Part shown: one piece after another, positions 15,409 through 29,702 of the stretch
Layout: the number at the start of each line of letters is the position of its first letter
Numbering within the stretch: the stretch's first letter is position 1
Source of the DNA: Eledone cirrhosa
Taxonomy: Eukaryota
Direction: 5' to 3'
Assembly (NCBI GenBank): GCA_964016885.1
Contig: OZ024756.1
Coordinates: 34,348,001-34,412,000 of the forward strand
DNA length: 64,000 nt
Translations under genes and position numbers: made by a program
Notes under the pieces: generated by a model
What the model was told of the DNA's origin: nothing
The model's database searches: none
What the model saw: the letters and a program-made list of their open reading frames with translations, nothing else

Positions 15409-16336
15409 AAAGTCCATGGGGCAAACGAAGGAGACAGACAATTTGGAAACATGGAGATTTCCCGCTCGTCAATTGTCTTCTGATTATCTTTGTCGTTTCG
15501 GATTCAAGGGGGTGGTACATCAGTGGAATTGTTGAAAAGTCTGACAGGATATTTTGTGGTATCTCCTCCGGCTCTGTGTATTTTCTGAGTTCAAATGCTT
15601 CCTCTTTCCACAACCAGGAGTTACGACCAGTTAGATAATATTACGGAATGTTTTCTGATATCTGATTCGGCTCTGTGTTTCTCAGTTCAAATGCTACCTC
15701 TTTCCACAGCCAGGAGTTACGACCAGGTTGATTAGTATCAACAATGGGATCCGTTGATCGTCAGACGGAATGTTTTCTGATATCTGATCCGGCTCTGTGT
15801 TTCTGAGTTCAAATGCGACCTCTTTCTACAGCCAGGAGTTACGACCGGCTTGTAGTCTCAGCAATGGATCTGATCATCGGATCTATTCCTTTTTCTCTTC
15901 CATTTATTGTTTAGTCTCTCTTGGCGTTCTAGGGTCAAATCTCGTCAAGGTCAAATTTGCTTCTCATCCTTCCGTCGATAAATTAAAGTATAAGTCAGGT
16001 ACAGGAGACGATTTAATCAACAGTTCAATCCCCACCTCCCTTAAATTCCTGGTCAGGTGTCTAGTCTTTGATCCTTTCCCAGGTATCAGTCATTAGTCTG
16101 CGGCCATACATTAAAGATATTTTGTCGGTCACATTGAGCAGAATATGAATATATATTTTTTCAAGTATGGTACTTATTTTACAGGGAACAATGCCATTTC
16201 ATCCATATATGGTAAATGAATGTGATGGGTCTTTTGAACAGACTTAATACTAAAAGAATTGTCTTGAATTCAATGACATTATGGTAGATTATTTAGAGAT
16301 ATATATTTAGAACTCGACAGCAAACTATATATGTAT

Positions 16337-16372
<36 letters not shown>

Positions 16373-16711
16373 CCTGCAGGACTAAAAACAAAACCTGTCA
16401 AAAGGCAAAGGAGCTCTTAAGAGTCAATGGCCATCCAAAATCACCGGGAGAGATGACCCCTTAGCCTTTGTCAAGGCAGAATTCTAGGAGAAGGAAAACT
16501 CTGATATAACACCTGCAACCCTGATGGTATCCAATGATGTTGACTTGTTCTTCTTTTTGGTAAATATCATCTTGGTTAAGAGAGTGGGACTGGCTTTGTG
16601 CAGTGCCTTTGCTCACTATAAAAGCTTCACGGCACAGGCATTGCTTTATATCTGGAGATCTCTCTGCACTTGTCGTCACATGGTACCATGGGCCCAGCAC
16701 TATGTGTCAGT

Positions 16712-16925
16712 AATTGTCACAAGTGTAGTGTTTGTACCAGAGTTTTCAAGTCGCTGGCTGGACTAAAAAGTCACACTCGTTCAGCGCATCGGTAGGGGTT
16801 CTCCTACATGGATATAAAGTAGTGGCCGTACTCGAAAACGAGTTGGCAGCCACCATGTATGTATGTATGTATGTATGTATGTATGTATGTATGTATGTAT
16901 GTATGTATGTATGTATGTATGTATG
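16712..16925 (+). mobile_element. LINE 3' end with a terminal C2H2 finger and (TATG)n tail
   Basis: NCHKCSVCTRVFKSLAGLKSHTRSAHR* at 16712-16795, a short UTR, then (ATGT)n. Confidence 0.55.
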
Positions 16926-17089
16926 TATATATATATATATATTTATTTAATGGGAGGTGGCGGCGGGTATGTAATAGATAGATTAGGGATGAGCACTAAA
17001 GGTCAGTGACATTCAACTAATTAGACTAGAAACATAATATGTGCATATATATACACACACACACACATATATATACATACATACATATG

Positions 17090-17185
<96 letters not shown>

Positions 17186-17268
17186 CACATATATATATAC
17201 ATATATATACATCTATATATATATATATATATATACATACACACATATATATATATATACATACATAT

Positions 17269-17375
<107 letters not shown>

Positions 17376-17839
17376 ATACACACACACATATATATAGGGT
17401 GGGATAAAGAAAGAGAATGGAAGAGTGGCATAGAGCAAGTGTATATAAATAGATTATAAAACGAAAAGTTAGAAAATGAAAACTTAATATAAATATGTCC
17501 CACTCTCATATATTGAGTACACCTCTCCCATGTTTGAAAATACCGACCTTAATTGTATTACACACGTACACACATACATTTATACACGCACACACATACA
17601 TTTACACATGCACACTATATATATATATATACATTCAATCATATAATACATACATATACATATTACATACATATACATAATAAATACATATACATCATAT
17701 ATTCTGATATTCTCAGACATGACATCCTTAATATAATTTTGATTTAATATATATATGTATATATGTATATACGTATATATATATATATGAAGATTTCATC
17801 TGAATGAAACAGTACTAGTCCTGTAGAAGCTCCTTCTAT

Positions 17840-17884
<45 letters not shown>

Positions 17885-18059
17885 CACACACACACACATA
17901 TATGTATATATATTGTTTGTATGGATGCATGGATAGGTGGATGTGTGAGTGTGTGAACATACACACACACACAAACTCCTTCAAAATGCTAAATACAACT
18001 ATATATATATACTATATAAATGTATCTATCTATCTATCTAGCTATATGATAGTGTTTTG

Positions 18060-18560
18060 TTCAATCCGGTTGACCACCGAGTCCATTGTCATGATCAAAC
18101 CGCCACCCTCCTTCAAAAACGAAGGAGAGGCGGTTTTCCTTTGTGTGATAGCTATGGCGAAAGAGGTTGTATGGTGGACAAGGTTGAAAGGGCTGAGGTC
18201 AGACACCTTTCTCTCCGGCCAACAACTGATTCTTTTTTTCAAATACCACTTTGGAAGAAGAGTCAGGATGGAGAGAGAGGTGCTGTACCCCAGCAAGTTT
18301 TATGAAAGGTGGGTGAAAGTGGCGAGAATGGCCCGAGTGAATGGGCCTTCTCTCTATATCAGCCTGTAGGTTGAGGAAAAGGAGGAGGAGAGGAAGGGAG
18401 TACAAGCTCTTCGTACTCCTTTAGATGAGGGTTGCACATTTTTTCGGGGGTATGTGTTACCCATATGAACTGTCTCCCCCTATTGGGGAAAATCGACTAA
18501 TTTTTAAATTGCATTTGTGATAATATTTTACACGTTTTTATTGTATGTAAACTTCCGCCT
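18060..18560 (+). mobile_element. 5'-truncated L1/Tx1-type LINE 3' end
   Basis: IRLTTESIVMIKPPPSF...AMAKEVVWWTRLK...FYERWVKVARMARVNG then stop; homologous to 7500-8385. Confidence 0.6.
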
Positions 18561-18616
18561 TTGTATTTGTCCCCTTCTTTTGTGCCCCTGTGGCTAATAA
18601 AGAAACATATCTATAT

Positions 18617-19748
18617 GATAATGTTGGTTGGTGATGATAATGTTGGTGATGATAGTGTTGGTGGTGATAGTGTTGGTTGGTGATGATAGTGTTGGTGGTG
18701 ATAGTGTTGGTTGGTGATGATAGTGTTGGTGGTGATAGTGTTGGTGGTGATAGTGTTGGTTGGTGATGATAGTGTTGGTGGTGATGATAGTGTTGGTGGT
18801 GATAGTGTTGGTTGGTGATGATAATGTTGGTGATGATAGTGTTGGTTGGTGATGATAATGTTGGTTGGTGATGATAGTGTTGGTGGTGATAGTGTTGGTT
18901 GGTGATGATAATGTTGGTTGGTGATGATAGTGTTGGTTGGTGATGATAGTGTTGGTGGTGATGATGATGTTGGTGATGATAGTGTTGGTTGGTGATAATG
19001 GTGTTGGTGGTGATAGTGTTGGTTGGTGATGATAATGTTGGTGATGATAGTGTTGGTCGGTGATGATAGTGTTGGTGGTGATAGTGTTGGTTGGTGATGA
19101 TAGTGTTGGTTGGTGATGATAATGTTGGTGGTGATAGTGTTGGTTGGTGATAGTGTTGGTGATGATGATGTTGGTGATGATAGTGTTGGCGGTGATGATG
19201 ATGTTGGTGGTGATAGTGTTGGTGGTGATGATGATGTTGGTTGGTGATGATAGTGATGATTGGTGATGATAATGTTGGTAATGATAGTCTTGGTTGGTGA
19301 TGATAGTGTTGGTTGGTGATGAGAGTGTTGTTAGCAGTGGCAGTGTTAGTAATGTTGGTGGTAATGATGGTGATGATGATGGTGATGGTAATAGTGTTGG
19401 TATTGGCAGTATTAGTGATTGTGGTGTATGTTGTGGTGGTAGTAGTGGTGTTGGTAGTGGTGCTAGTGGAAACAGTAGTTGAGAAAGTGGTGGTGGTCAG
19501 TGGTAGTTGAGGTGGTGGTAGTAGTGGTGTTGGTGCTGGTAGTATTAGTGGTTGTGGTGTTAATGGAAGCAGTAATGGTGAATGAGGTGGTGATAGTAGA
19601 AGTATTAGTGGTTGTGGTGTTAGTGGAGAGTGTGGCGGTGGTGTTGGTGGTGGTGGTGGTAACAGCGGTAGTGTTAGTAGTGGTGGTCGTAGTGGTGATG
19701 ATGGTGATGATGATGATAGTGGTGATGATGATATGATAGTGGTGGTGG

Positions 19749-19803
<55 letters not shown>

Positions 19804-19820
19804 AGTGGTGGTGGTAGTTA
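18617..19820. repeat. GGT/GAT/AGT-based complex minisatellite
   Basis: Repeated GGTGATGATAGTGTTGGTT units grading into (GAT)n. Confidence 0.9.
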
Positions 19821-22034
19821 GACTTCCCCTCCCCCCAGCACAAAGATATTCTTGCTGTGACCATCCGGTCATCTTTTTAGGAGTATCAAAGGACTATGTT
19901 ACCTAATGCACACCTGTGATCTGACTGCTATTTCTAGCAGCTATTTGACTTGTCTCCTTATGTTAATGTCATGTTATGTGATGGTGATATGAAGGAGATC
20001 TAGCTGCTATTTCTACCAGGCGGTTGGCTGGTTTCGCTGTGTTAATGTCACGTTGTATGCTGCTGGTGTGAAGGAAATCTAGTTGCTATTTCTAGCAAAT
20101 GGTTGGATTGTCGCATTGTGTTAATATCATGTTGTATGATGGCGATAGGAAGGAAATTCGGCTGCTATTTCTAGCAGGTGGCCGGTTGGTCTCCCTGTTT
20201 TTGCATGGTGGTGATATGAAGGTTATCTGACTGCTATTTCTAGCAGCTTATCGGTTGGTCTCCCAGTGTTAATGTTATGTATGGTGGTGAAACAACGAAG
20301 AGAAGCTCTGTGAGACGCACAGACAGACGTAAATGGATAGATAGAACTAGGGAGAGATGGAGAAAAGGAAAAGAGCGAAAAAAGATGAGAAAGAAAAAGA
20401 GAGGAGAGAGAGAGAGGGGAGAGGGGGAGAACGCAAGGGATAGGGAAAGAGAGGAACAGGAGAAGAACGCAAGGGATAGAGAAAGAGAGAGAAAAAGAGT
20501 GTATAGAATGAGAGGGAGAAAGAGAAATGGTAACCAGAGAAAGGGAGGGAGTAGACATGGATAGACAGAGAGGAGAGTAAGGAGAAGAGAGAGCAAGGAC
20601 GAGAAGGAATAAAGAATGGGAGAGAGAGAGAGTGAGAGATTGTTAAAATACCCCTCCGCCACCCTCATACACACGTAACAGGTTCGTCACATGTTTTTAT
20701 ATCTACAGAAATAGAATTGGAAATAACAGCGAAATTTCCCTGAAATTTTAATAAAATGAAGGACATGGTGAATAATGTAATAATCGTTATCACCATGTCT
20801 GGTAAAGATATTTTTTTAAATGACGAGATGGTCTCGGGTGGAATGTCTTAGATCATAGGTGGTTCTGCTGGATCTGGATTGACCTGGGGCTAAACAACAA
20901 CAGTAGCAATAACAATTCGACTCCACACGTGCGGACGTTTTTGCGGACACTCTACCTGACCTGTTGAAATCAGAAATAGCTGCAAAATCACACATACAAA
21001 ACAACAACAAAAAACAAGGATATATTATTAGATAATGTATTCGTAGGTAACATAATGTGTTGATCTAACAAAAACAAACATGATGGTCACGGCTAGAATG
21101 CCTTTGATCATAGATCTGATCAACCATGGCTGACCTAGGACTAAACAACAAATATAAAATACAAGCGTAGCATTACTTAAACACTGCATATATAACTATC
21201 TGTCTATGTATGCATCTATCTGTCTCTCTCTTTCTCTCACCTGTCTGTCTGTTGGTCTCTATCTATCTACCTGCTTATCTATCCACCTGCAGAGCTCTAC
21301 CATCTCCCCTCTCCCTCACGCTCTCCATCTATCTATTTACCTGTCTGTCTATCTCTCTTCCTAAGTTTTTTTTTTCCCGAATATTTTTTTTTTTTCAGTG
21401 CAATGAATAAATAACTAAATAAATAAATAAATAAAATAATTATTAAAAAAACAACAATAGAGATCGATAAATCATGTACCAGACTAAAGTAAGTACTGCG
21501 CGGGATCAGTGATCAATTGATATGATCTGACTAAAAACAAAAACAAACAAAAAATGAGAAGAAAATAATTTAAAGACTCCAGCATGGCCGCAGTGAAAAC
21601 AACGAAGAATAACAGTAAAAAAGAAGCAGAAGAAAAAATGAATAAAAATGAGAAGTAATTAGCATATTATAATCCTCGTTAGCTCAGTTAGCAGCAGCCC
21701 GCTGCCTTCGTTCATTGAATAATTTGTGTGTAAGCAACATGTGTTATGTTATGCTGTGTTGTTGGTCGGCCGCCACCATAACACCTGAAAAACCACCTAA
21801 AAATAGGGATTACAGTTGAGCTCGTAATCTATATATAGATAGTCTTCCCTATATTTAGTTGCACACTCTATCTCTTACCTTCTCTACCTCTCTCACTCTC
21901 TATCTCTTACCTTCTCTACCTCTCTCACACTCTATCTCTTACCTTCTCTACCTCTCTCACACTCTATCTCTTACCTTCTATACCTCTCTCACTCTCTATC
22001 TCTATCTCTCGATTTCTCTCACTCTATCTCAGCT

Positions 22035-22065
<31 letters not shown>

Positions 22066-22281
22066 TCTCCATCTCTCTCTTATCCAGTCTCTCTCGGTTT
22101 CTCTCTCTCTCACTCGGTGCCTCTCACTCTCTCTCAGTTTCTCTCATACTTTCTCAGTCTCTCCCTCTTTCTCAGTCTCTCTCTTTTACTCACTCTCACT
22201 CACCTACGATTGTCTCTTATACTACAAATTTTACTCCTATCTTTCTCTCTTTTTTTACTTCTTTGTCTTACTCCTACTATT

Positions 22282-22323
<42 letters not shown>

Positions 22324-23019
22324 TTACTCCTTCTATTTTTGCCTCTCTCTTCCTGTTTTATTCCTACTCTTTCTCGCTCTCTTTCTTTCTCACTTAAGCA
22401 CTGTTCTCTCGCTCTCTCCTTCCTCACTCACTGTTATTCAATCTCTCATTCACACACTCTTCTTTACCAATGTCATTCTGTCTTTCTCTTTTACTCTCTT
22501 GCTCACGCCCTTTATCGCTTATTCTCCTCGCTCATACTCTCTTTCTTTCTTTCTTTCTTTCTTTACTTGTGTCAGTCTCTTCCTGTATTGCATTCTCTCG
22601 CTTTCTTACCTCCCTTGTCTATTCGCTTTCTTCTCTCTCTCTCTCTCTATCACACCCTCTCTTTCTCACTTTGTTACCTTCCTTGTCTGCCTCCACGCTC
22701 TCTCTCTCTCTCTCTCTCTCTCTCTAAGATAGAGAGAGAGAGGAAAAGAGGGAGATGTATGCATATAGGAGGCGAATTGGCTGAGGCGTTAGAGCGTCAA
22801 ATACTTTGCGATATTCGTTCCGTGTCTCTGCTGCTCTCTAAGTTCAAAACCTGCCGATGTCAACTTTGCCTTTCATCCATTTGAGGTCGTTAAAAAATGT
22901 ACTAGTACATTACTCGAGTCGACTCTTCCTCATTTCCTTTCTATTACACACACGCACACACTCCCTCACTCTGTATATATATATATATATATGAGTGAGA
23001 GTGAATGAGTATATATATA

Positions 23020-23072
23020 TGAGTGTGAGTGGAGTGACCTAGCTTTGTAGAATAATGTAAATCTGCACTTAT

Positions 23073-23133
<61 letters not shown>

Positions 23134-23220
23134 GTATGTGTGTGTACAGATAGATCTCTAACCCTCTCTAAGTGCAGATTTACATTATTCTACAAAGCTA
23201 GGTCGCTCCACTCACTCTCA
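23020..23220. repeat. ~52-bp inverted repeats flanking a (TA)n tract
   Basis: TGAGTGTGAGTGGAGTGACCTAGCTTTGTAGAATAATGTAAATCTGCACTTA at 23020-23071; reverse complement at 23169-23220. Confidence 0.85.
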
Positions 23221-23664
23221 CTCATACTCCACTCGCTCAGACTAACAAACTCATCCACAGATTCACTCACGCTCTTTCAATCACACTCTTATACATGGTC
23301 GGTCACTCACTCACACGCACACAGACACACACACACACTCAATCACTGTAATTCACTCACACTTACACTCATACATACGCTCACACACACGGTCACTCAC
23401 TCATATTTACGCACACACACACACACACACGCTGCTTCAGTAAAAATAACCACATTTACATGCCCACACTTCCTTTCAATTTGGATGGAGGGGGAGGTCG
23501 GATGCTTTTAAAAACAATTTTTTTTTATATAGTTATATTTTTTATTTTTCAGTTTTTCATTTTATATATCTCTTCCATTTTTGCTTTGTTTCTGGTTATT
23601 TTTCCATCAATTTATATATATATTTATATATTTAATTATGTAATAAACAACATAAGATAATTAT

Positions 23665-23725
23665 TTCATTTACCAGTGGTTTCTTGAAGGCAGATGTTGT
23701 GTCTGTCTTCAGTCGTCAGAATGAA
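23665..23725 (-). ncRNA. Mirror-image hammerhead in the left arm of the same fold-back
   Basis: Inverted copy of 23786-23843 with a slightly longer helix II loop. Confidence 0.62.
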
Positions 23726-23785
23726 TAAATGACATGGTGTTTTTATTAAATATGGATTTTTTAAATAAAAACACCATGTCATTTA

Positions 23786-23843
23786 TTCATTCTGACGACT
23801 GAAGACAGACACATCTGCCTTCAAGAAACCACTGGTAAATGAA
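23786..23843 (+). ncRNA. Type I hammerhead ribozyme in the right arm of a fold-back
   Basis: ttcatt-CTGACGA-cTGAAGACAGA caca TCTGCCTTCAa-GAAA-ccactggta-aatgaa. Helix III ACCA/TGGT, GUA site. Confidence 0.68.
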
Positions 23844-23961
23844 ATAATTATCTTATGTTGTTTATTACATAACTAATAAGCTCTGTAGCCTACATAGAGT
23901 ACTCCTTTTTCCTGTACCTTTCCGACGGAAATACTTCATTTACACACACACATACACACAC

Positions 23962-24022
<61 letters not shown>

Positions 24023-24050
24023 CGTAATAAACAACACAATATAATTATTC

Positions 24051-24114
24051 CATTACCAAAGGTTTCAAGAAACTAGACGATTCTCACAGAAACGCCCTGC
24101 CCGTTCATCAGATG
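24051..24114 (-). ncRNA. Type I hammerhead motif
   Basis: Reverse complement cat-CTGATGA-acgggcagggcgtttct gtg agaatcgtctagtttctt-GAAA-cctttggta-atg. Helix III ACC/GGT, GUA site; helix II is rich in G-U pairs. Confidence 0.55.
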
Positions 24115-24268
24115 TTATGGTCTAGCTGACTTTTACCACACCCTATCTGATACACACACACACACACACACACATTTATATATATATATATGTAAGTATG
24201 TGCATGTGTGTTTATATGTATGTGTGTATGCATTTATATATATATATATATATATATTATATATTTGT

Positions 24269-24388
24269 GAAGGCGTGTGGCGGAGTGGTTAGAGAATTGG
24301 ATTCGCAATCGTAAGGTTGTGAGTTCGATTCCTGGAACAGGCGATGCGTTATGTCCTTGAGCAAGACACTTTATTTCACGTTGCTCCT
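24269..24388 (+). mobile_element. tRNA-derived CORE-like SINE (other copies ~14200-14345, 40735-40830, 61130-61255, all minus)
   Basis: A box TGGCGGAGTGG, B box GTTCGATTCC, then TGTCCTTGAGCAAGACACTT; no acceptor stem. Confidence 0.75.
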
Positions 24389-24534
24389 TCTACCTGGAGT
24401 TTGGACCGATAGATAGTATTAGTAATTGGAAAGACCAACGGAAACATTGTTCCCTCGGTCCGATTTGACGAAAGTCGATCGTTCCTATATATAGGTTTTT
24501 AGAATCCAATATCAATAAATACACCAGGATTTTT

Positions 24535-24592
24535 TTCATTCTGATGATTGAAAGCAAAATTTTTTGCTTTTAAGAAACCACTGGTAAATGGA
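24535..24592 (+). ncRNA. Type I hammerhead ribozyme, intact core
   Basis: ttcatt-CTGATGA-TTGAAAGCAAAA tt TTTTGCTTTTAA-GAAA-ccactggta-aatgga. Same flanks as 23786 but a largely different, still paired helix II. Confidence 0.72.
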
Positions 24593-24618
24593 ATAATTGC
24601 CTTATGTTGTTTATTACA

Positions 24619-24673
<55 letters not shown>

Positions 24674-25067
24674 CAAGTAGGAAGTAACTATATGGTTGTA
24701 TTAAACATGCATAAACACATGCATGTATCATAGATTTATACACAGACATATATTTATATATATATACACACACATATATATATTCTCAACTGTTTATAGT
24801 GATTGTTTGTTATTATAGTCATTTGCATTGGGACGTACACAAATTTTCACCATGCTTTTTTAAGTCAACCGCTTTGTTTACACACACTGTCACCCCCCAC
24901 CCCCCCACCCCCACACACACACACATATTCGTCTTTTACTCAAATATTCATCTCGTCGCTCACTTCACCCTCCATAAACAACTTTCATTTCTCTTTTCTC
25001 TCTTCGCGCTATTCTGGAATATTTTTTAATGGTTTGTGTGTATGTATGCGCTTGCAAGCTTAATTAT

Positions 25068-25142
<75 letters not shown>

Positions 25143-25922
25143 TGAGAGGAAGAGAGAGAGATAAGCGATGTAGTATGCAACTAAATATAGGGACAGTTAT
25201 CTATATATAGATTCAGAGTGCAACTGGAAGCCGTATATATTTTTTAAAGTGTTGTTTCAGGTGTTAGTGGCCTGCATGAACACGAAAGTCTCGTCTTCAG
25301 CTATCCACAAGATAATCATTGTGGTTTCGACACCTTCTAATAGGATCACTCCACTCCGGCTCCCAGTAACGTTCAAACGAGCTAGAAATCGAGTACGAGT
25401 AATATTACGGTACGTAGGGAACAAGGCAACAACAGAAAATATTGATAATAGCATATTTCAACGTAAACGAAAAATGTACAACATAAAAAAAAAACAAAGA
25501 AAATGGCGCAATAATAGGATTAGAAGGAAACCAGTACATTACACGTCTCTTCAGTAATCAGCTAATATAAAATTAAGAGTAAAATTTAAATTTGATAACT
25601 AATAATATATAAACGAATACGGTATGGGAGAATATAGTATAAGTGAATCAAAAGGAGTAAAGAAGGTAAAGCCATGTAAACCTCGAGAAAATGAAAGGCA
25701 AAGCCGACCTCAATGGGACCTGAATAAACGCCGCAAAGGATTCTATCCGGCGTTCCGCCTTTCATCCTTACGGGGTCGATAAAATAAAGTACCAGTAATA
25801 TACTGTGATAATTGCTGGCCTTGTGCCAAAAGTAGAAACAATTATTTATTATTTATAAAAACAGGTTATGGTTATACACAGCTACATGTAGTGTGCAGGA
25901 TGTACTTATATCTAACAGAACA

Positions 25923-25971
<49 letters not shown>

Positions 25972-26796
25972 AAAGAAAAAAGAGCTAAAATTGAGGCGAA
26001 TAGGTCACTTCGAAATCGTAGGCCCATGTCCACTGGCCCACCCGGCATAGCTCAGTTAACATCCCCACTATCTCTCTGATCTGGCCTGACAAAAAATTAC
26101 CAATACAACAACTACTAGCAAGTGTAATACTAGCTGTAACTATATTACTGTGTAACTAGTAACCTGAGTTACCAAATAAAACCTGTAAGTTGAGCTTCCA
26201 AGCTCTTAGTAACTAAAAGTACTATTAATTTCACAATGGACACCAATATCCGTGTCTACCTATATAACACACTTGCTAAGGGCGGCAGAAAACAACGATA
26301 ATGTCAAACAGCTTCTTGCCTAGATCAAACTATATAAAATTTAAGTAGGTTGTTTGTGTATTGGGGATTTTCAAGATGTTTGTGTTTAACTTTATGAAGA
26401 AGCGGCCTTGGGCGTCCGTCACATATCAAGCCGACGCATTATACATTAATATATTGTTTATCTGAGAAAATAGAAAAAATAAAATTTTTATAAATTTCAA
26501 CGCGTTCCATTTTCATCTCAATACTTGTGCAACGACCATGACATCAATTTTCCGTGACATCAATTTTCCGTAACATCTCTTCAGCTTATTTATTTATTTA
26601 TTTTATCCAGCCCTGTGGTCCACCAGGCATTGACCAAATGTCCACATGACCAATCCACCTCTGCTTTTAAGTTTAGTTTGCAACGTGGACAAACACAATA
26701 TTTACGTATGCTATGTTTGGGTGAAAGCAGGAATGTTATGTTCTTTGCAGTCTCCGTCGACCCAATTTCCCTCACAAGGCTTGGGACGATCAGAGG

Positions 26797-26975
26797 CAAT
26801 GCCGGATTTATGACAAATGAGGCCCTGTGCTAGTTAAGTTATGAGGTTCCTTACTTGGGCCCTGAAGGAGGTAGGCCCGGTAAGCCGACACAGGCAGCCA
26901 TTAGGAAGATGGGCCCCCAGGCCAACGGGGCCCTATGCTTAAGCACACCTAAGCACAATGGTGAATCCGGCACTG
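26797..26975. mobile_element. hAT-type MITE with a perfect 8-bp TSD
   Basis: TIRs CAATGCCGGATT / AATCCGGCACTG; ATCAGAGG on both sides (26789-26796 and 26976-26983). Confidence 0.85.
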
Positions 26976-27502
26976 ATCAGAGGCTATGGTAAAGGCAATG
27001 ATGGCCTTAAATAAATGTAGTCCTAAATGCACTATGTCTGAGAAAAGACGGGATGTCCACGGCTGGATTACCTTTCGTCATATGTCTGGTGGTTCAAAGC
27101 GCACTTTGAGCTCTGCAACAACTACCACCACCACCATTACCCTCACCACCACGACCAACCCCACACCCAACACCACCACCACGACTTGCCACTAGTTGGT
27201 TACTTATTCTATCTGTGTGTCTGGTTTGTTTTATTAGTTTAGTTCTTGTGTGTCCATGTATGTCTTTATCTTGCCCTTAGTTACTAATTGTGATGTTGTT
27301 GCTAGTCTTTTCATGCTTTCTATTTAGTTTTGGTTGGAGTTAGTTTATGTTTGTTGCTTCTGTAATCTGTCGCGCATATATGACTGTATGTTCATGTATC
27401 TTTTACCATATGAAATTTGATATAAACTATATATATAGTTTATATCAAATTCCATATAAATATATAAAACTTTGATACGTTTTGGCCAGTATTGACCCAG
27501 GC

Positions 27503-27967
27503 CAGAGATGGGGAATCTGCGGGCTTGTATGCCATTCTGTGCGGCCTTTTAAAAGAATTAAAAAAATTTACAACAAATTAAAAATTTGTTTTTAATGTGT
27601 TTTTGTCTATCTCATATTATTTTAATGTAAACCACTTATTGCTGCGAATCTACATTCTCCTACCTAACCAAAATCATGACACCTTTGAGATCACAGATAG
27701 TGGATACTCATTTAGAGGTTTCATTGAAACTTCGGACTTCCATGTAGCAACCAAATATCAAAATGTTTTCCTACAACAAAGTCATTAAATGGTTAGTTTT
27801 AAAATTAAATCTTTTTCGTTTTTTAGATAGTTAACATATAGTAATTAGATTTTTATAAAATAATGTAGATTTAAGAACATTTAATTATGGTTTCTTGAAT
27901 GCAGCCTTATTATATTACAAGTAACTTAACGCGGCCTTTCAACATGAAAAGGTTCCCCACCTCTCTG
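27503..27967 (+). mobile_element. Non-autonomous hAT (Charlie/SPIN-like) deletion derivative with a transposase C-terminal remnant
   Basis: Ends CAGAGATGGGGAA / TTCCCCACCTCTCTG; internal TTYCCESTFSYLTKIMTPLRSQIVDTHLEVSLKLRTSM*QPNIK resembles the hAT dimerisation domain. Confidence 0.75.
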
Positions 27968-28038
27968 CCATAGGTCATGTCTAACTTAATAGTACCACCT
28001 GGTGAAGTCTTTCAAATCATGATTCACACCTCAGGTAT

Positions 28039-28187
<149 letters not shown>

Positions 28188-28346
28188 TGGATGTGCGTGT
28201 ATTGCTCAAGAGAAAGCAACCGTGTTAGCTCTGACGGTCAGAACATTTTAAATGCGTGTACGTTGAAGGAGATATTATCTCCCTTACACCATTGCATGTT
28301 TATACACAAATGAACTCGTTCTTTTCACACTCTTTATGAACATATA

Positions 28347-28377
<31 letters not shown>

Positions 28378-29071
28378 TTTTTTTGTGTGTGTGTGTGTGT
28401 GTGTGTACAGGTACAGTACACCCGAAGGGCTTCAGAATAGCTTCTGTTTACCCAATTATTCGACTCAAAGCTATAGTAAAAGATACATGAACTTCTCACC
28501 ATTCAGTCATGCTTGCGCCTATGTATCCAAATAAAAGACGGTACGGTCACGATATATACATACTAGATATACAGTCTTTGATCATATACATACTAGATCA
28601 GACTGACCTGGGACTAAACAACAAATACAAACATAATTGGTTTTTGTATATTGTTCAGCCCCAGATCAGACCTATAATCAAAAACATTCAAGCCGTGACC
28701 ATCCCATCTGTTATTCCTTCAGGTGATTATCCATATTTAAAGACGGTAATGTGTCCGACTACTATTTCTAGCAAGACGGACGCCCAGGTAAGTGGCTTCC
28801 GCTAGCAGAACAAAGGGAAGTTACTCTAGTATTCTGAAGAAGCAGTTCTCTCCACAACACAAACTGATTATTTTCCTTCGGGAACATTCCTTATCTATCT
28901 ATTATTCTGAGTATTTTCTGTTTCTCTTTCTCACACTCTCACTGTATTTAACCAAGTGTTCCTAATTCTGAGTAATTATCTCTCTCTTATCGTGTGTATC
29001 TGTTTTTTTCTCTATATATACCCACCTCTAAGCAATTTAAGTAACATTACTTCAAAATAAAACAACAAACC

Positions 29072-29666
29072 ATGCCGATGTCCGAATATGAACAGAAAAT
29101 GCTTCTCTTACAAAACCAGCTTCGTGAGAACCAAATGGAGATGCAAGAATTCCTGAAAGGTCTCGATAATTGGGAGACTGAGATATCGAAGAAGGAGCAA
29201 ACTTTGAAGCACAATAAGGAGTCAGACAAAACATCATCTCGTGTAAGCCGAGTAAACATTGTATATAGTTTCGGAATATGGAATACATAGTCTTTTGTGT
29301 GTGGTATGTACGGAGAAGAGAGTGTTTGTATATTAACTGTACATTATATTTGTATACATAGATTCGTTATACACTCATAAAACGCATATCATGTTGTTAT
29401 ATAAGAATGCAGAGTGCAGTGCTCATTACACAAATTTACCGTATATATATATATTATAAAGAAAAGAGACGGTTTTAAATGTACATCCTCTGTTTATTAT
29501 ATAATAAACGGAGGATGTACATTTAAAACCGTCTCTTTTCTTTATAGTATCGACACTCGGGTTGATACCTTATCGATATCATTTTAAGGAATACAAATCG
29601 TAGAGTGCTTTATGTCTGTTTACAGCAAAAGTCGGTGGATTATATGATCAACCAACTTTCCCAGAT

Positions 29667-29702
<36 letters not shown>

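Larger units (their letters stand above)
23636..23941. mobile_element. Fold-back element (palindrome 23636-23872 plus unique tail); related pieces at 1019-1120, 24019-24150, 24535-24624
   Basis: TTATGTAATAAACAACATAAGATAATT.../...AATTATCTTATGTTGTTTATTACATAA. The tail CCTACATAGAG...CCTTTCCGACGGAA is shared with 1067-1120. Confidence 0.8.

Noticed and set aside
18538-19872. 444-aa His/Thr/Pro-rich ORF
   Set aside because: Reads through a trinucleotide-based minisatellite; composition shifts with repeat phase and there is no domain or splice support.
21859-22884. 341-aa Leu/Ser-rich ORF
   Set aside because: Degenerate (CT)n tract running into a SINE.
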